Counted from the stretch's first letter, positions 18,429 to 28,670 are shown. The stretch is DNA of 64,000 nucleotides from Candidatus Velesiimonas alkalicola (GCA_013626165.1 NDHX01000008.1:3316-67315), one strand, 5' to 3'. A program made the numbers and translations. The notes: generated by a model from the sequence alone, not told the origin.

Positions 18429-19209
18429 GTATTTCACCTTCAATCCCTATGACCACGCTCTCAAAGGGGATATCTTTCCCACTCTGGGCTAGTGCCTGCT
18501 GGGCGATATGAACAAGCCCGAAACAGCATGGAACTTCCATATGAAGGACCTTCAAGCTCTTTATGTCGGAATTTTTCAATATCTGGGCAATCTTGCCCTG
18601 ATAGGGAGCGGTATCGTCAAGCTTGGGACAGCAGATAGCGATTGCTTTCCCTTTCAGGAAATCACGGTGAAAGTTGGCGCACGCAAAAGGCACGCAATCG
18701 GCAACCAGGATCAAGTCTGTATTCTGGAAATATGGGGCGTGAGGCGGAACCAGATGAAGTTGTATCGGCCATTGCCGAAGCTCGGAGCTATCCCTCGGTT
18801 TCTCCGCTGTCTCCCCCTCTTCCTTCTTCTCCCAGTGCAACATCTGGGCTGAAGGGCAGGAGACCAGTCCCGGGTACGAATGGTGTTGCGGAAGCTCATG
18901 GGCATGCTCCTTCAGATGGGCCAGGTGTTTTTCCAGGAATTCAGGTGATTTCTCCTTGATATGGGCAATCACCCCCTCCTCGTCATACTCTTCAACTTCC
19001 TCTTCCTCGATAGTCAAGGCGCCCTGGGGACACTCGCCCAGACATGCACCGAGTCCATCGCAGAAATCCTCTTTTACTAATCTTGCTTTTTTACCTTCCG
19101 GCGTATCAACAATCTGTATTGCCTGTTCAGGACATGATGGGATACATTCTTCACAACCATTACATAATTCTTCATCAATTTTAATAATTTTTCTTTTTAT
19201 TTTAGCCAT
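18424..19209 (-). CDS. 4Fe-4S ferredoxin-domain iron-sulfur protein
   Basis: [47 protein letters not shown]. Confidence 0.85.
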   Translation of the reverse strand: MAKIKRKIIKIDEELCNGCEECIPSCPEQAIQIVDTPEGKKARLVKEDFCDGLGACLGECPQGALTIEEEEVEEYDEEGVIAHIKEKSPEFLEKHLAHLKEHAHELPQHHSYPGLVSCPSAQMLHWEKKEEGETAEKPRDSSELRQWPIQLHLVPPHAPYFQNTDLILVADCVPFACANFHRDFLKGKAIAICCPKLDDTAPYQGKIAQILKNSDIKSLKVLHMEVPCCFGLVHIAQQALAQSGKDIPFESVVIGIEGEIP

Positions 19210-19229
19210 ATTATGCACACCTCCTTTTT

Positions 19230-19880
19230 TTACTTAAAAATTTCACCTGTTTCTTTTGACCAGAACAGTAGGTCAAGGTGTGAAATAGGTATGTTGATTC
19301 TTTTAGAAAACAGTTTTAGTTTATTTTCTATTTCAATATATTTCTTACCAGAAATATGTAATGGAATTTCTTTTATGACTTTGAGTGTTTTTAGGTTCTT
19401 CAAAATATGCCTGTCAAGAATAGCGAGATTTTCTCCAAGTCCGATGTTTCTTAAAAAATGACTTGCTTCTTTATAACCTATACCTTTGATATTTTTTACA
19501 AGCCATTCTCTGAGTTCGTAATGCGTGCAGTTTGTTAATATTTTTTTAAATTCTGGATAAACTTTTCTGGCATAACAAATATACTCTGATTTTTTATTTT
19601 TAAACCTTACGCCAGACAGACATTTTTGAATTTGGTCCTTATCACCGTTAAACAACAATCCTTCCTCTATCAGTTTCAAAACTACCGCCCAACAATTTTT
19701 TGCTTTTGACTGAGGAGTAAGTAAACAGAAAACAAGTTCGGCAAAAAGTTCTGTACCACTTTTCGTTTTCCATGTATCTTTAAATTCTTTAAGTCGTTCT
19801 ACAATGTTTGGTTTTAATCGCTTGTAGAATTGTCTAAGTTCTTTTGTATTTGACACTTTTTCTCTTTTAATAATTTTCAC
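19230..19880 (-). CDS. ogg: 8-oxoguanine DNA glycosylase/AP lyase (OGG2-type)
   Basis: [33 protein letters not shown]. Confidence 0.9.
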   Translation of the reverse strand: MKIIKREKVSNTKELRQFYKRLKPNIVERLKEFKDTWKTKSGTELFAELVFCLLTPQSKAKNCWAVVLKLIEEGLLFNGDKDQIQKCLSGVRFKNKKSEYICYARKVYPEFKKILTNCTHYELREWLVKNIKGIGYKEASHFLRNIGLGENLAILDRHILKNLKTLKVIKEIPLHISGKKYIEIENKLKLFSKRINIPISHLDLLFWSKETGEIFK

Positions 19881-20442
19881 CTAATAATTCAAAATATACT
19901 CTCGGATGTGCACATGCCGGACATTCTTCCGGTGCTTCTGTCCTTTCATAAATATAACCACAGTTTCTACATTTCCATTTTACAACTTCATTCCTATTAA
20001 AAACCAGGGTTTTCTCAATGTTTTCCAAAAGAGCAAGATACCTTTTTTCATGCTGTTTTTCAGCAACTGCTATTGAACTAAAAACTTTCGCTATATCCCT
20101 AAACTCTTCTTGTTCTGCTATTTTTGCAAATTCAGGATACATCTGTGTCCATTCATAATTTTCACCAGCAGATGATGCTCTTAAATTTTCTTTTGTATCT
20201 CCAATAACACCTGCAGGAAAAGTAGCAGAAATTTCTAATTCGCCACCTTCTAAAAACTTAAACAATCGCTTGGCATGTTCTTTTTCGTTATCTGCGGTTT
20301 CTAAAAATATTGCAGATATCTGCTCATAACCATCTTTTTTCGCCTGCGAAGCAAAGTAAGTGTACCGATTCCTTGCCTGCGATTCACCTGCAAATGCTGT
20401 GAGTAAATTTTTTTCTGTCTCTGTACCTTTTAATGTCTTCAT
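19867..20442 (-). CDS. rbr: Rubrerythrin
   Basis: [39 protein letters not shown]. Confidence 0.95.
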   Translation of the reverse strand: MKTLKGTETEKNLLTAFAGESQARNRYTYFASQAKKDGYEQISAIFLETADNEKEHAKRLFKFLEGGELEISATFPAGVIGDTKENLRASSAGENYEWTQMYPEFAKIAEQEEFRDIAKVFSSIAVAEKQHEKRYLALLENIEKTLVFNRNEVVKWKCRNCGYIYERTEAPEECPACAHPRVYFELLGENY

Positions 20443-20461
20443 TGTGATTGCCTCCTTAAAT

Positions 20462-20836
20462 TTAATTTTTCCATAACCCGTGAATATTACAGTATTCTCT
20501 TGCTGTTATGTTTTCTCCTGTTATAGAGAATACCGCTTCTGGTATATCACCGGGTTTTAGGAATTTCCTGTATGCGATACCATCAGCCATTATTTCTATC
20601 CACTCAATATAATGTTTCACCTCCATTGGGTGTGGAACACTGCCAACTTTCACTTTTATTCCATCATCTGTTTTCTCAATCACAGGAAGATGTTTTTCTT
20701 TTGATGCATCAACAGTGTTTTCTTTTAAGAGTTTCATTGGCTGATCACAGCACACCAGTTGCCCTTTCCCTTCGTGTAATACCTCTGTGATATTGCCACA
20801 AATTTCACACTTGGACACTTCTAATTTTTCAGTCAT
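20462..20836 (-). CDS. dfx: Desulfoferrodoxin (superoxide reductase)
   Basis: CEICGN..VCC, EKHLP, HPM..HYIEWI, CNIHGLW. Confidence 0.95.
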   Translation of the reverse strand: MTEKLEVSKCEICGNITEVLHEGKGQLVCCDQPMKLLKENTVDASKEKHLPVIEKTDDGIKVKVGSVPHPMEVKHYIEWIEIMADGIAYRKFLKPGDIPEAVFSITGENITAREYCNIHGLWKN

Positions 20837-20843
20837 TCTTGAC

Positions 20844-22037
20844 TCACCTCCTTTCTATGAGATTGTTCTCCCTGTGCTTTTTGTAAATATCATCTGCTAA
20901 TCTATTTAACGAATTAAAATCATCTTCTTTCGGGTATCCTTTTGCAACAACAGGCTCAATAATTTCTACTTTTAGATTAGTTAGCATTCCAGTAATTTGT
21001 TCTAACATTTTTCCACCCCAGGAATAAGAACCAATCAACGAGGCAAATTTAACCTTCGGTCTCAAAACATTGGCAAGATAAACTGCATAAACTACATTTG
21101 GATGCGGGCCTGCTAAAACCGTTGGCGAGGCAATCACAATTGTAGCAGCATCTACAAGTGCTGTTGCAAGTTCTCCTATATCTGTTTTTGTCAAGTTGAA
21201 TGGCTTTACAGTGATACCTTTCTCAATAAGTGCATCTATAAAATAATCAACCATCTTTGCAGTGCTACCATGCATTGAGATATAGGCAACAACTACTTCA
21301 TTTTTTACTTCATCAGAAATCCAATCTTTATATGTATCCAAGATAAATTTTGGTCTATTGTAAACCGGACCGTGGCTTGGTGCAATTATCTCAATGTCCA
21401 AGTCCTTTATCTTCTCCAGGTGTTTTTTGATAATGGTTCTAAACGGCATCATAATCTCTGCATAATAACGTTTTGCAGCCTCGTATACTTTTGCTTCGTC
21501 TATGACAAACAAATCACTTGTCGCTAAATGCGAACCTAAAAAATCGCAAGGAAACAAAATTTTATCTTCTTTTAAGTAAGCAACCATTGTCTCGGGCCAG
21601 TGAACCCAGGGAGTGTGTATAAACTCTAATGTTCTATTACCCAATGATATTGTTTCTCTGTCATTTACAGTTATGAATTTTTCCGCAGAAATTAACAGTA
21701 AATCCATAAGCATTTCTTTGCATTTCGGAGTAGTTATAACTTTTGCATCGGGATAAAGTTTAAGAATTTCAGGAATACTGCCAGAATGGTCTTGCTCAGC
21801 ATGGTTTGCAATAACATAATCAATGTTTGTAATCCCAAGTTCCTCAAGATTATTTACAAGTTCGCACTGTTTAGTTGGGTCAACAGTATCTATAAGCGTT
21901 GTTTTCTCACTACCTTTTATCAAGTAAGAGTTATAACTTGTCCCATCCGGAAGCGGTATAAGTTCATCAAACAATCTTCTATCCCAATCAATTGCACCTA
22001 CTGAATAAATCCCTGATTTTATTTCTCTGATAGCCAT
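20844..22037 (-). CDS. fprA: Flavodiiron protein (O2/NO reductase)
   Basis: [28 protein letters not shown], flavodoxin domain SMHGST. Confidence 0.93.
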   Translation of the reverse strand: MAIREIKSGIYSVGAIDWDRRLFDELIPLPDGTSYNSYLIKGSEKTTLIDTVDPTKQCELVNNLEELGITNIDYVIANHAEQDHSGSIPEILKLYPDAKVITTPKCKEMLMDLLLISAEKFITVNDRETISLGNRTLEFIHTPWVHWPETMVAYLKEDKILFPCDFLGSHLATSDLFVIDEAKVYEAAKRYYAEIMMPFRTIIKKHLEKIKDLDIEIIAPSHGPVYNRPKFILDTYKDWISDEVKNEVVVAYISMHGSTAKMVDYFIDALIEKGITVKPFNLTKTDIGELATALVDAATIVIASPTVLAGPHPNVVYAVYLANVLRPKVKFASLIGSYSWGGKMLEQITGMLTNLKVEIIEPVVAKGYPKEDDFNSLNRLADDIYKKHRENNLIERR

Positions 22038-22053
22038 TTTTTTTATTCCTCCT

Positions 22054-22788
22054 TTACAAATATTTTTTTTCTGCTATCTGTTTACCAGCAACGGTTAGAA
22101 AATTCTTATCAATAATTTTTTTTAACTTTTCTTTATCACTTAAATTAAATTCATCTTCTATATTAACCAACCAATCCGCATCCCATAGTATTTTAAAGTT
22201 CAGTGTATCTATTTCACCAGGGCTGTGGTGACTGGCAATTATTTTACATACTTCATCTATAATTTCCTGTTTTATACCTACTTTTTGAAGAATTTCTTTT
22301 GCTATTGGTGGACTTTCCTTCTCCTGTAATTGACCGTCCGTAGAATTGTATTTTCTTTCACATTCTTTTATTCCAATATCATGTAATACTGCTGATATTA
22401 CCACCACCCTTCTGTCAGCAGTTCCTTCTTGTTGTAATATCTTTTCAGCAAAATGTGTAACTTTTATAGCATGGGTTATTCTTTTTATATCGTCTCCAAA
22501 ATAGGTTATCATTTCAGATAGGATTTTTTCTTTAAAATCTAACTTTGCTTTATTCAATTCAATTCTTGGTTTTAACTCTTTATATTTTTCTTCTCCGATA
22601 CATTCTTTTGCATAACTGCACCAATCAATACATGAAGGTATATTTTCGCGATAGACATCGGCTTTACATTTTGGACAAATAACTTTTATTTCATTAGAAA
22701 ATACTTCAACTTTATAGCCACAATTCTTGCATACTTGTTCTTCAACACGAAGGTTTCTAATATCTATTCCTGGACATTTGGAATCCAT
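22054..22788 (-). CDS. HD-domain protein with an N-terminal Cys-rich (Zn-ribbon) region
   Basis: CPG..CKNCG..CPKC..SCIDWC..AKEC; RITHA..LHDIG..SHH..DAD. Confidence 0.75.
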   Translation of the reverse strand: MDSKCPGIDIRNLRVEEQVCKNCGYKVEVFSNEIKVICPKCKADVYRENIPSCIDWCSYAKECIGEEKYKELKPRIELNKAKLDFKEKILSEMITYFGDDIKRITHAIKVTHFAEKILQQEGTADRRVVVISAVLHDIGIKECERKYNSTDGQLQEKESPPIAKEILQKVGIKQEIIDEVCKIIASHHSPGEIDTLNFKILWDADWLVNIEDEFNLSDKEKLKKIIDKNFLTVAGKQIAEKKYL

Positions 22789-22791
22789 TTA

Positions 22792-23397
22792 TTACCTCTG
22801 TACAAGTTTATCAAAAGCAACAAGTTCTTTTTTTATTCCTAATAAAACAGATTTAGTTCCGACAGTTTTTTTAGCTTTTATTCCTTCACCCCGTTTCTCT
22901 GTGGATGGTTCAATTATTTCTAATTTATCAATGTCTTTAATACTTTTTGTAATAAATTGTTTTAAAAATTCTTCCTTTTTGAATTCTTTATCTCTTTCTC
23001 TTGCTCGTTGAATGTATATCCCATTTATTTTTTTTTCTCCGTCAAGACCAAAAACAAATTCAATTGCGCCATACTCACCTTTCTGTGAAGCAGCTATTAT
23101 ATAACCCAATACCGCACCAGTTGCGTCTAACATTTCATAATACTGGTATGTCTCTCTCTGGCCTGGCAAAAGTTTACTTCCTAATCTTTTTTCTATTATC
23201 TCAAGTTGCGAAGATGTGATTTTTTTAGTAATGGTCCGGTAATCTTTTGCCTCTTTAAAGATTCTCGTCATTGTTCTTTCTGGATTTCTCCAGACACAGA
23301 TATATACTTCTTGAGTAAAACTTTTTACTGGAAGAAAACTAAAAATTACGACTGAAAATATAATAAGTCTGGATAAAAAACTCATTTTCTCCTCCAT
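22792..23397 (-). CDS. Exported protein, FMN-binding-domain-like
   Basis: Signal peptide; KGEYGAIEFVFG..FLKQF pattern. Confidence 0.5.
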   Translation of the reverse strand: MEEKMSFLSRLIIFSVVIFSFLPVKSFTQEVYICVWRNPERTMTRIFKEAKDYRTITKKITSSQLEIIEKRLGSKLLPGQRETYQYYEMLDATGAVLGYIIAASQKGEYGAIEFVFGLDGEKKINGIYIQRARERDKEFKKEEFLKQFITKSIKDIDKLEIIEPSTEKRGEGIKAKKTVGTKSVLLGIKKELVAFDKLVQR

Positions 23398-23565
23398 TCA
23401 AGGCGAATTTTTGCGCAATTCTTATTTGAAAACCAGTAAAAATGTTATAAGTTAACCCAGTACTTAATGAATGTTGTTTTTTATCTCCCGCTACTTCTAC
23501 CAGAGCATAACCCGTATTCAGGTCTATTTTCGGCAATATGGCATAATCAGCACTAGAAAATACTC

Positions 23566-23733
23566 CTAAAAGTTTTTTTCATCTTCTTCTTTATCTCTTC
23601 TCTTCTTCCACTTATAGAACCACTTTCTACTCACTCCATATCTTTTACGGAGGAAGGTTATTGGTTCCCGGTTTTTATCTGCCTCTTCGAATATTCTCAG
23701 TCTCATTCTATAAAGACACTCTTTTTCTCCCAT
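23566..23733 (-). pseudogene. Transposase HTH N-terminal fragment (IS481-like)
   Basis: Hand translation MGEKECLYRMRLRIFEEA..RKRYGVSRKWFYKWKKR, with RBS AGGAGG. Confidence 0.6.
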
Positions 23734-23898
23734 ACCCGAACCTCCTTTTTGTTAGTATTCTACCGGAGGTTCTGGTAGGCGTCAAAGAAATCTTTTTTCT
23801 CTCTTTTCCTGCCCAAAATTCTGCTTATTTAAGAGCAAATTTTGGGCAGGTAGAACAAAGATTTGTTACCACCACTTGAATATATTACATTTTAAGCC

Positions 23899-24579
23899 CT
23901 ACATCTTCTCAAACTCATCCTTGCCTGCCCCGCAGACCGGACATACCCAGTCATCGGGTAAGTTCTCAAATGGCGTTCCGGGCGGGATATCGCTCTCGGG
24001 GTCTCCTATCTCGGGATCATAGACATAGCCACAAACAGTGCACTCATATTTTGCCATCTTGGTGACCTCCTTTTCCTTTTCGATATACGATGGGGCTGCC
24101 TTCGGTGTGGGGCCTCTTTTGACCTGCTGATAATAGGCATAGGTTATCGGCTGGCCATCCCTGAGGGTTTCCGCCGCTACCAATTCTGCCAGGAATATGG
24201 TGTGGGTGCCGGCATCCACCTCGGAGATAACCTTAGCCTCCAGATAGGCCAGGGCATTATCCAGCACTATGGGTGCACCGGTCTGGCCTATTCTGAAATT
24301 GATGCCCCTGAGCTTATCCGTTTCTCTTCCCGACTTGAATCCAAACTTGCCGATGAAGTCCAGTGGTGTATCCTGTGCCAGGATGGAGACCGTAAATGCC
24401 CGGCTATCCTGGATAAACTCATGGGTGAGGTTGCCTTTGTTCAAGCATACGGAAATCCTCGGCGGCGCAGAACAGACCTGAATCACCGTGTTGGCGATCT
24501 GCGCATTGAGCTTGTCGGCCTTTCTGGCGCCGATGACATATAACCCGTAACTTATCCTGTGCAGTGCATTGGTATCCAC
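23899..24579 (-). CDS. Flavin reductase-rubredoxin fusion (high-molecular-weight rubredoxin)
   Basis: ISYGLYV..GFKSGR..DK..GTHTIF, then [19 protein letters not shown]. Confidence 0.9.
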   Translation of the reverse strand: MDTNALHRISYGLYVIGARKADKLNAQIANTVIQVCSAPPRISVCLNKGNLTHEFIQDSRAFTVSILAQDTPLDFIGKFGFKSGRETDKLRGINFRIGQTGAPIVLDNALAYLEAKVISEVDAGTHTIFLAELVAAETLRDGQPITYAYYQQVKRGPTPKAAPSYIEKEKEVTKMAKYECTVCGYVYDPEIGDPESDIPPGTPFENLPDDWVCPVCGAGKDEFEKM

Positions 24580-24591
24580 ACTACCTCTCAC

Positions 24592-25125
24592 TCAATAGTT
24601 TTCCGCCATAAGCTCGTAGTAGCTCTGGGGGAAGGCACAGGCAGGGCAAACCTCCGGTGCTTCGGTTCCCGTATGCACATATCCACAATTCCGGCACTTC
24701 CACTTCACCACTTTGTCCTTCTTGAAGACCTTCCCTTCCGCGACATTTCTGAGCAAGGCCAGGTACCGATTCTCGTGCTCCTCCTCAACCTCGGCCACCT
24801 CTTTGAAGAAATCGGCGATCTCAGTGAAGCCTTCCTCGCGGGCCACTTTTTCAAATCCGGGATACATATCGGTCCATTCGTAGTTCTCACCCGCCGCCGC
24901 CGCCTTGAGATTCTCCTTCGTCATACCGGTTCCCATAACGAAATCGAACTCCCTCCTGGCATGCTCCCTTTCGTTTTCGGCCGTCTCCAGGAATATGCCA
25001 GCGATCTGCTCGAACCCCTCTCCTTTAGCTACGGCGGCAAAGTAGGTGTACTTGTTGCGCGCCTGCGACTCGCCGGCAAAGGCGGCCAGAAGATTCTGCT
25101 CGGTCTTGCTTCCTTTCAGTTCCAT
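24592..25125 (-). CDS. rbr: Rubrerythrin (second, GC-richer copy)
   Basis: [32 protein letters not shown]. Confidence 0.93.
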   Translation of the reverse strand: MELKGSKTEQNLLAAFAGESQARNKYTYFAAVAKGEGFEQIAGIFLETAENEREHARREFDFVMGTGMTKENLKAAAAGENYEWTDMYPGFEKVAREEGFTEIADFFKEVAEVEEEHENRYLALLRNVAEGKVFKKDKVVKWKCRNCGYVHTGTEAPEVCPACAFPQSYYELMAENY

Positions 25126-25211
25126 TGTTCCTCCTTTTGCGTTTTTCTCAACCAATCTATAGGATGAAACATCTCACCCTTTTCTTATCTTATTTTGTGA
25201 TTGTAAAAAAA

Positions 25212-25571
25212 TTACCCGCCGGGTTTGGTAATTATAAAAATTTCATTTAATACTACTATTTGATTTTTTTGGTATTCATCTTCGGGTAATTTGTCGGTCA
25301 CTCCTGAATACTTTACATTTTTTACCAACCAACCTTTCTTGTTTTCGCCTTAAAATCTATAGCAAAAGGTGGATCTGTTATAACCAGATCTATTGTATTA
25401 TCTGGAATATACTTCATTCCTTCTATGCAATCTATATTATAGATTTTATTGAATTCTATCTTTTTCATTTTTTTGCCCAATTTCTATATCAGGCGTTCTT
25501 CTTGTTTTTTCTTGCAAGATTGCTTCTTGGAGTTCTTTTTCAGTTTTGAAACTTATTTTTTGATTAGACAT
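25212..25571 (-). pseudogene. Fused fragments of DNA methyltransferase genes
   Basis: MSNQKISFKTEKELQEAILQEKTR (copy of the 17092 gene start); MKKIEFNKIYNIDCIEGMK..DLVITDPPF (25322-25468); VKY..DKLPEDEYQ..LNEIF.ITKPGG. Confidence 0.7.
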
Positions 25572-25614
25572 TATATTTTCTTTTTATTAATTTTTTTATT
25601 AAAACTACCGTTTC

Positions 25615-25671
25615 GTCTAACGGGCCTTGCATTGCTGCTATGCGAAGCATAGAAGCAATGCAATGTTGTAA
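25615..25671 (-). mobile_element. attC site (57 bp)
   Basis: Minus strand TTACAAC-A-TTGCATTGCTTCTATGC-TTC-GCATAGCAGCAATGCAA-GGCCC-GTTAGAC, 10 bp after the REase stop. Confidence 0.85.
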
Positions 25672-25681
25672 GCCGTTTTTA

Positions 25682-26458
25682 TTATTTCAGATAGTCGCAA
25701 ATTCTACTTACTAAACTGGCAAAATTTCCAATTCCGTCAAGATTTTCAACGTTATTTAAAACATAAATTCCTCCGCCCAATCTCACGTCATCAAGTATTA
25801 ACTGCACTTCTGTATTTTTCATGGTGCTTCTTATTTTTCCGGTTTCTGAGTGTTTTACAAAATCTTTACCTTTTGCCCAATCAAGCGTTACAAAAGCATA
25901 TTTCAAACTGATGTTTTGTTTTGTAAAAATCACTTCATATTTTTCTTTTCCGTATTTAACATTCAAAACATCTTGGTCCATAAGAAATAAATGAGAGAGA
26001 AATTGTCCTACTCGTTCTCTTGTTGTGCCTTTTACTGAAAGTATAAAAACTTTATTTGTATTTTGAAAATTGGTTTTGCTGTAAATTAAAATATCACTAT
26101 CAAAATACTTTTCGTGAGATGAATGTTTACGTTCAATCCTCAATGAATGAACTATTTTTTTAACGGTTTCATTTTCAGTTTTGTTGTTCGTTACTATATA
26201 ATCAAATTTGTTTTGCTCAAAATATAATGTTAGCAAATACATTATAACTTCCTCAACTAATTTACCCAAAACTGAGTCTACACTTGATTTTTGTTGCCTT
26301 GCTGTTTGCTCTTTTAGTGTTACAGAATATTGCTTAGCGTAATTTTCTGCGTCAGTGAAGTTAAAAAAGTCATTAAGGTTTATTCCTATGTGCACAAGCC
26401 CTTTTTGGATAATGGGTTTATCAAGTTTTTGTTTTATGTATTCACTATGTTTAAGCAT
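25682..26458 (-). CDS. Putative type II restriction endonuclease
   Basis: Overlaps the MTase gene; G..VE, DSDIL and SVKGTTRER motifs resemble the PD-(D/E)xK 'RER' nucleases (Ecl18kI/BsaWI-like). Confidence 0.65.
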   Translation of the reverse strand: MLKHSEYIKQKLDKPIIQKGLVHIGINLNDFFNFTDAENYAKQYSVTLKEQTARQQKSSVDSVLGKLVEEVIMYLLTLYFEQNKFDYIVTNNKTENETVKKIVHSLRIERKHSSHEKYFDSDILIYSKTNFQNTNKVFILSVKGTTRERVGQFLSHLFLMDQDVLNVKYGKEKYEVIFTKQNISLKYAFVTLDWAKGKDFVKHSETGKIRSTMKNTEVQLILDDVRLGGGIYVLNNVENLDGIGNFASLVSRICDYLK

Positions 26459-27278
26459 AAAATAAATTAGTTTTGTAGTAGTTAATGTACTGTTTTGCTA
26501 ATTTGCAGTATTCTTTTGATTTATCAATATAAATAAATTTTCTTTCAGTTTTTAGCGCCACAACGGCAACAGTTCCACTGCCGCCAAATGGGTCTAATAC
26601 AATATTTTCCTGATAAGTATAAAATTTAATTAAACGATAAACTAATTCTTCAGGAAATGGAACAGGGTGTCCTTTGGGTTGGGTTTGAGGTTTTATCTCC
26701 CAAAATGAATTTGAGTATTTAATAAATTCTTCTTTTGTAATATCTATTTTTGATTTATCACCTTCTAATTTTCTCGTACCTTTTGAAAATACAAGCACAA
26801 ATTCATAAGGCTGAACTACATAAGGATTGCTTGGGCTTTGCCAACTTCCCCATGCAGTTCTTTTTGAAATTGATTGTTTATACCACAAAATATCGCCTCG
26901 CATTATGTAACCAATTTTTCGAATTTGATTTACTACATCTACGAACAGTGGCTGATATTCGCTATCTGCTGTAACGCTTGGTACATTTATACATATTCTG
27001 CCTCCGCCTACTAAAATTCTATAACATTCTACCCATGTTTGCTCCAAAAATTGCAAATACTCTTTATATGGCATTAAATCGTGGTGATTTTCATAAGATA
27101 TTCCTACGTTGTAAGGTGGTGAAGTTATGATTAATTGTACTAAATTTTCGGGCAAATTACTCATTACTTCAATGCAATCACCACAAAATATTTGATTTAT
27201 TGGATTTCCATTATTGTGAACGAAGTTCTGCACGTCCTCAACAATATTAAATTTATGGTCTGTATTATACTCTTTCAT
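26451..27278 (-). CDS. Beta-class N4/N6 DNA methyltransferase
   Basis: ITSPPY (motif IV), HPVPFP, VLDPFGGSGT (motif I). Confidence 0.92.
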   Translation of the reverse strand: MKEYNTDHKFNIVEDVQNFVHNNGNPINQIFCGDCIEVMSNLPENLVQLIITSPPYNVGISYENHHDLMPYKEYLQFLEQTWVECYRILVGGGRICINVPSVTADSEYQPLFVDVVNQIRKIGYIMRGDILWYKQSISKRTAWGSWQSPSNPYVVQPYEFVLVFSKGTRKLEGDKSKIDITKEEFIKYSNSFWEIKPQTQPKGHPVPFPEELVYRLIKFYTYQENIVLDPFGGSGTVAVVALKTERKFIYIDKSKEYCKLAKQYINYYKTNLFYA

Positions 27279-27309
27279 TTTTAATGTTTGTTCGTTTCTT
27301 TAAAATGGC

Positions 27310-27449
27310 TTACAACGGTTTCGGTGTATGCGAAATTGCCGCCTGCCTGTGCGTGCCTGCCTGAGCGAGTCCGCTCGCAGTCAGGTCCGCACGCAGACAG
27401 GAAGACAATTTGGGCAAAGCGTAGCGAAGCCTTTTATCTGCTGCTATAT
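27310..27449 (-). mobile_element. attC-like site interrupted by nested palindromic repeats
   Basis: Minus strand ATATAGC...AAATTGTCTT[60-bp insert 27342-27401]CGGCAATTTCGCATACACCGAAACC-GTTGTAA. Confidence 0.7.
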
Positions 27450-27548
27450 GACCCGAACATAGTAAGGGCAAGGAGCGAAGCGACGAAGAGTTTCTTCACA
27501 AGCCCTCTTTTCTTTTGTTCCATCTGATACAATATTTTATTTCTGCTT

Positions 27549-28601
27549 TCAACCTTGTTTCCTTACTATTTCATTGAGGTCATGTAGCAGTCTTCCATCT
27601 TTTGTTTGCCAGTATCTAGGCCCTGCAACACGATATTTACCATGTTTAAGCCCGAGTTTTCTATCTATATTTCCAGCTATTTTTGAGATTGGGTAAATTT
27701 TACCATCTTTTTTGTATTTTAATTTGTTTTTATTTGCCACTATTTTGGCTTGTTCATCCTTGAATACTTTACCATGGAAAAAGTATAAGGTTTGACCGTT
27801 TCTAACCAGGCCAGCATCTACCAACTCTTGCAAGGAAACTTTCCTAGCCTTCCCAACATATTCTGGAGATGGACCAACACGTGATGTCCCACCAGGAGGA
27901 GTTGGAATTTTAAAAAGATCACAAGGTAAACCAAGAGCATTCCAGATATCGGAGATCTTGGTTTCTACTTTCTTCACTATCGCTTCCTTTTCTTTCTTTA
28001 ACTGTTCAATCTCTTCTTCCTTTGTTTTGATGTCACTATCAATGCCCTCAATTTTGGTATCGTATTCCTGCTTGATGCGTTCTTCATTCGCCATAGCATC
28101 TTTTATTTCTCGCTCTCGCTCATCTATTTTCTTATGCACACTCCTGTTCTGAAGGCTATCGTTATGTAAAAGGTCTGAAAGTATTTCCCAAAGCGCTTTT
28201 TTGCCGAAGTCTTGTCTTTTAAAGGAATATAACAATGACCTTTCAAATGCTACCCCTCGAAGTGGACTATAGATTCTAATTTCGGTGCCGTTTGCTATTA
28301 CCGTAAGTAATACAGTCTCTGTAAAAGTGTAATTTTTTATCTGCTCTATATGGTCGCTTAGATTTTCATTGTAATTCTTGGTATCAATAATCACCTTACA
28401 GTCAAGGGGTAATTTTTTAATGAAAATATCTATTTTCTTACCTATTTGGGTGCCGTATTCAAAATCCAAATTTTCCATTTTATGGCCCAACAATTCTAAT
28501 ATTGGGACAATGACCTTATTTTTTACATTCTCTTCTTTTGCTCCTATTTCGCTTTCTGTTAGTTTAGCAATTCTCTCTATTGATTGTTTTATTTCCATCA
28601 T
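27549..28601 (-). CDS. HsdR_N-type nuclease - coiled coil - RAMA-like domain protein
   Basis: EENVK..I.PILELLG, FEY, ID..IIDTK, Q...Y, NG.E.RIY; heptad-rich middle; LQELVDAGLV..GQTL..G.RYW....G..L.DL. Confidence 0.7.
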   Translation of the reverse strand: MMEIKQSIERIAKLTESEIGAKEENVKNKVIVPILELLGHKMENLDFEYGTQIGKKIDIFIKKLPLDCKVIIDTKNYNENLSDHIEQIKNYTFTETVLLTVIANGTEIRIYSPLRGVAFERSLLYSFKRQDFGKKALWEILSDLLHNDSLQNRSVHKKIDEREREIKDAMANEERIKQEYDTKIEGIDSDIKTKEEEIEQLKKEKEAIVKKVETKISDIWNALGLPCDLFKIPTPPGGTSRVGPSPEYVGKARKVSLQELVDAGLVRNGQTLYFFHGKVFKDEQAKIVANKNKLKYKKDGKIYPISKIAGNIDRKLGLKHGKYRVAGPRYWQTKDGRLLHDLNEIVRKQG

Positions 28602-28631
28602 TGTTCACCTCCTTTTGGCGTGCGAGGAAAT

Positions 28632-28670
28632 TTCACATAACTTGTTTGTATCCGAATAATCTCAGATATA
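28632..28670 (-). mobile_element. Candidate attI (first core site of the array)
   Basis: Minus strand ..ATTATTCGGATACAAACAAG|TTATGTGA; GTTATGTGA pairs (with G.T wobble) with TCATATAGC of the next attC; no attC hairpin on its upstream side. Confidence 0.55.

Noticed and set aside
23400-23560. Intact small gene (65-aa ORF 23339-23536)
   Set aside because: It looks like a C-terminal beta-strand fragment of an outer-membrane protein cut by the IS remnant; there is too little to name
24559-25167. 202-aa + strand ORF and other long antisense ORFs (e.g. 7284-7811, 14352-14888)
   Set aside because: Shadow ORFs overlapping well-supported genes, with no recognisable motifs
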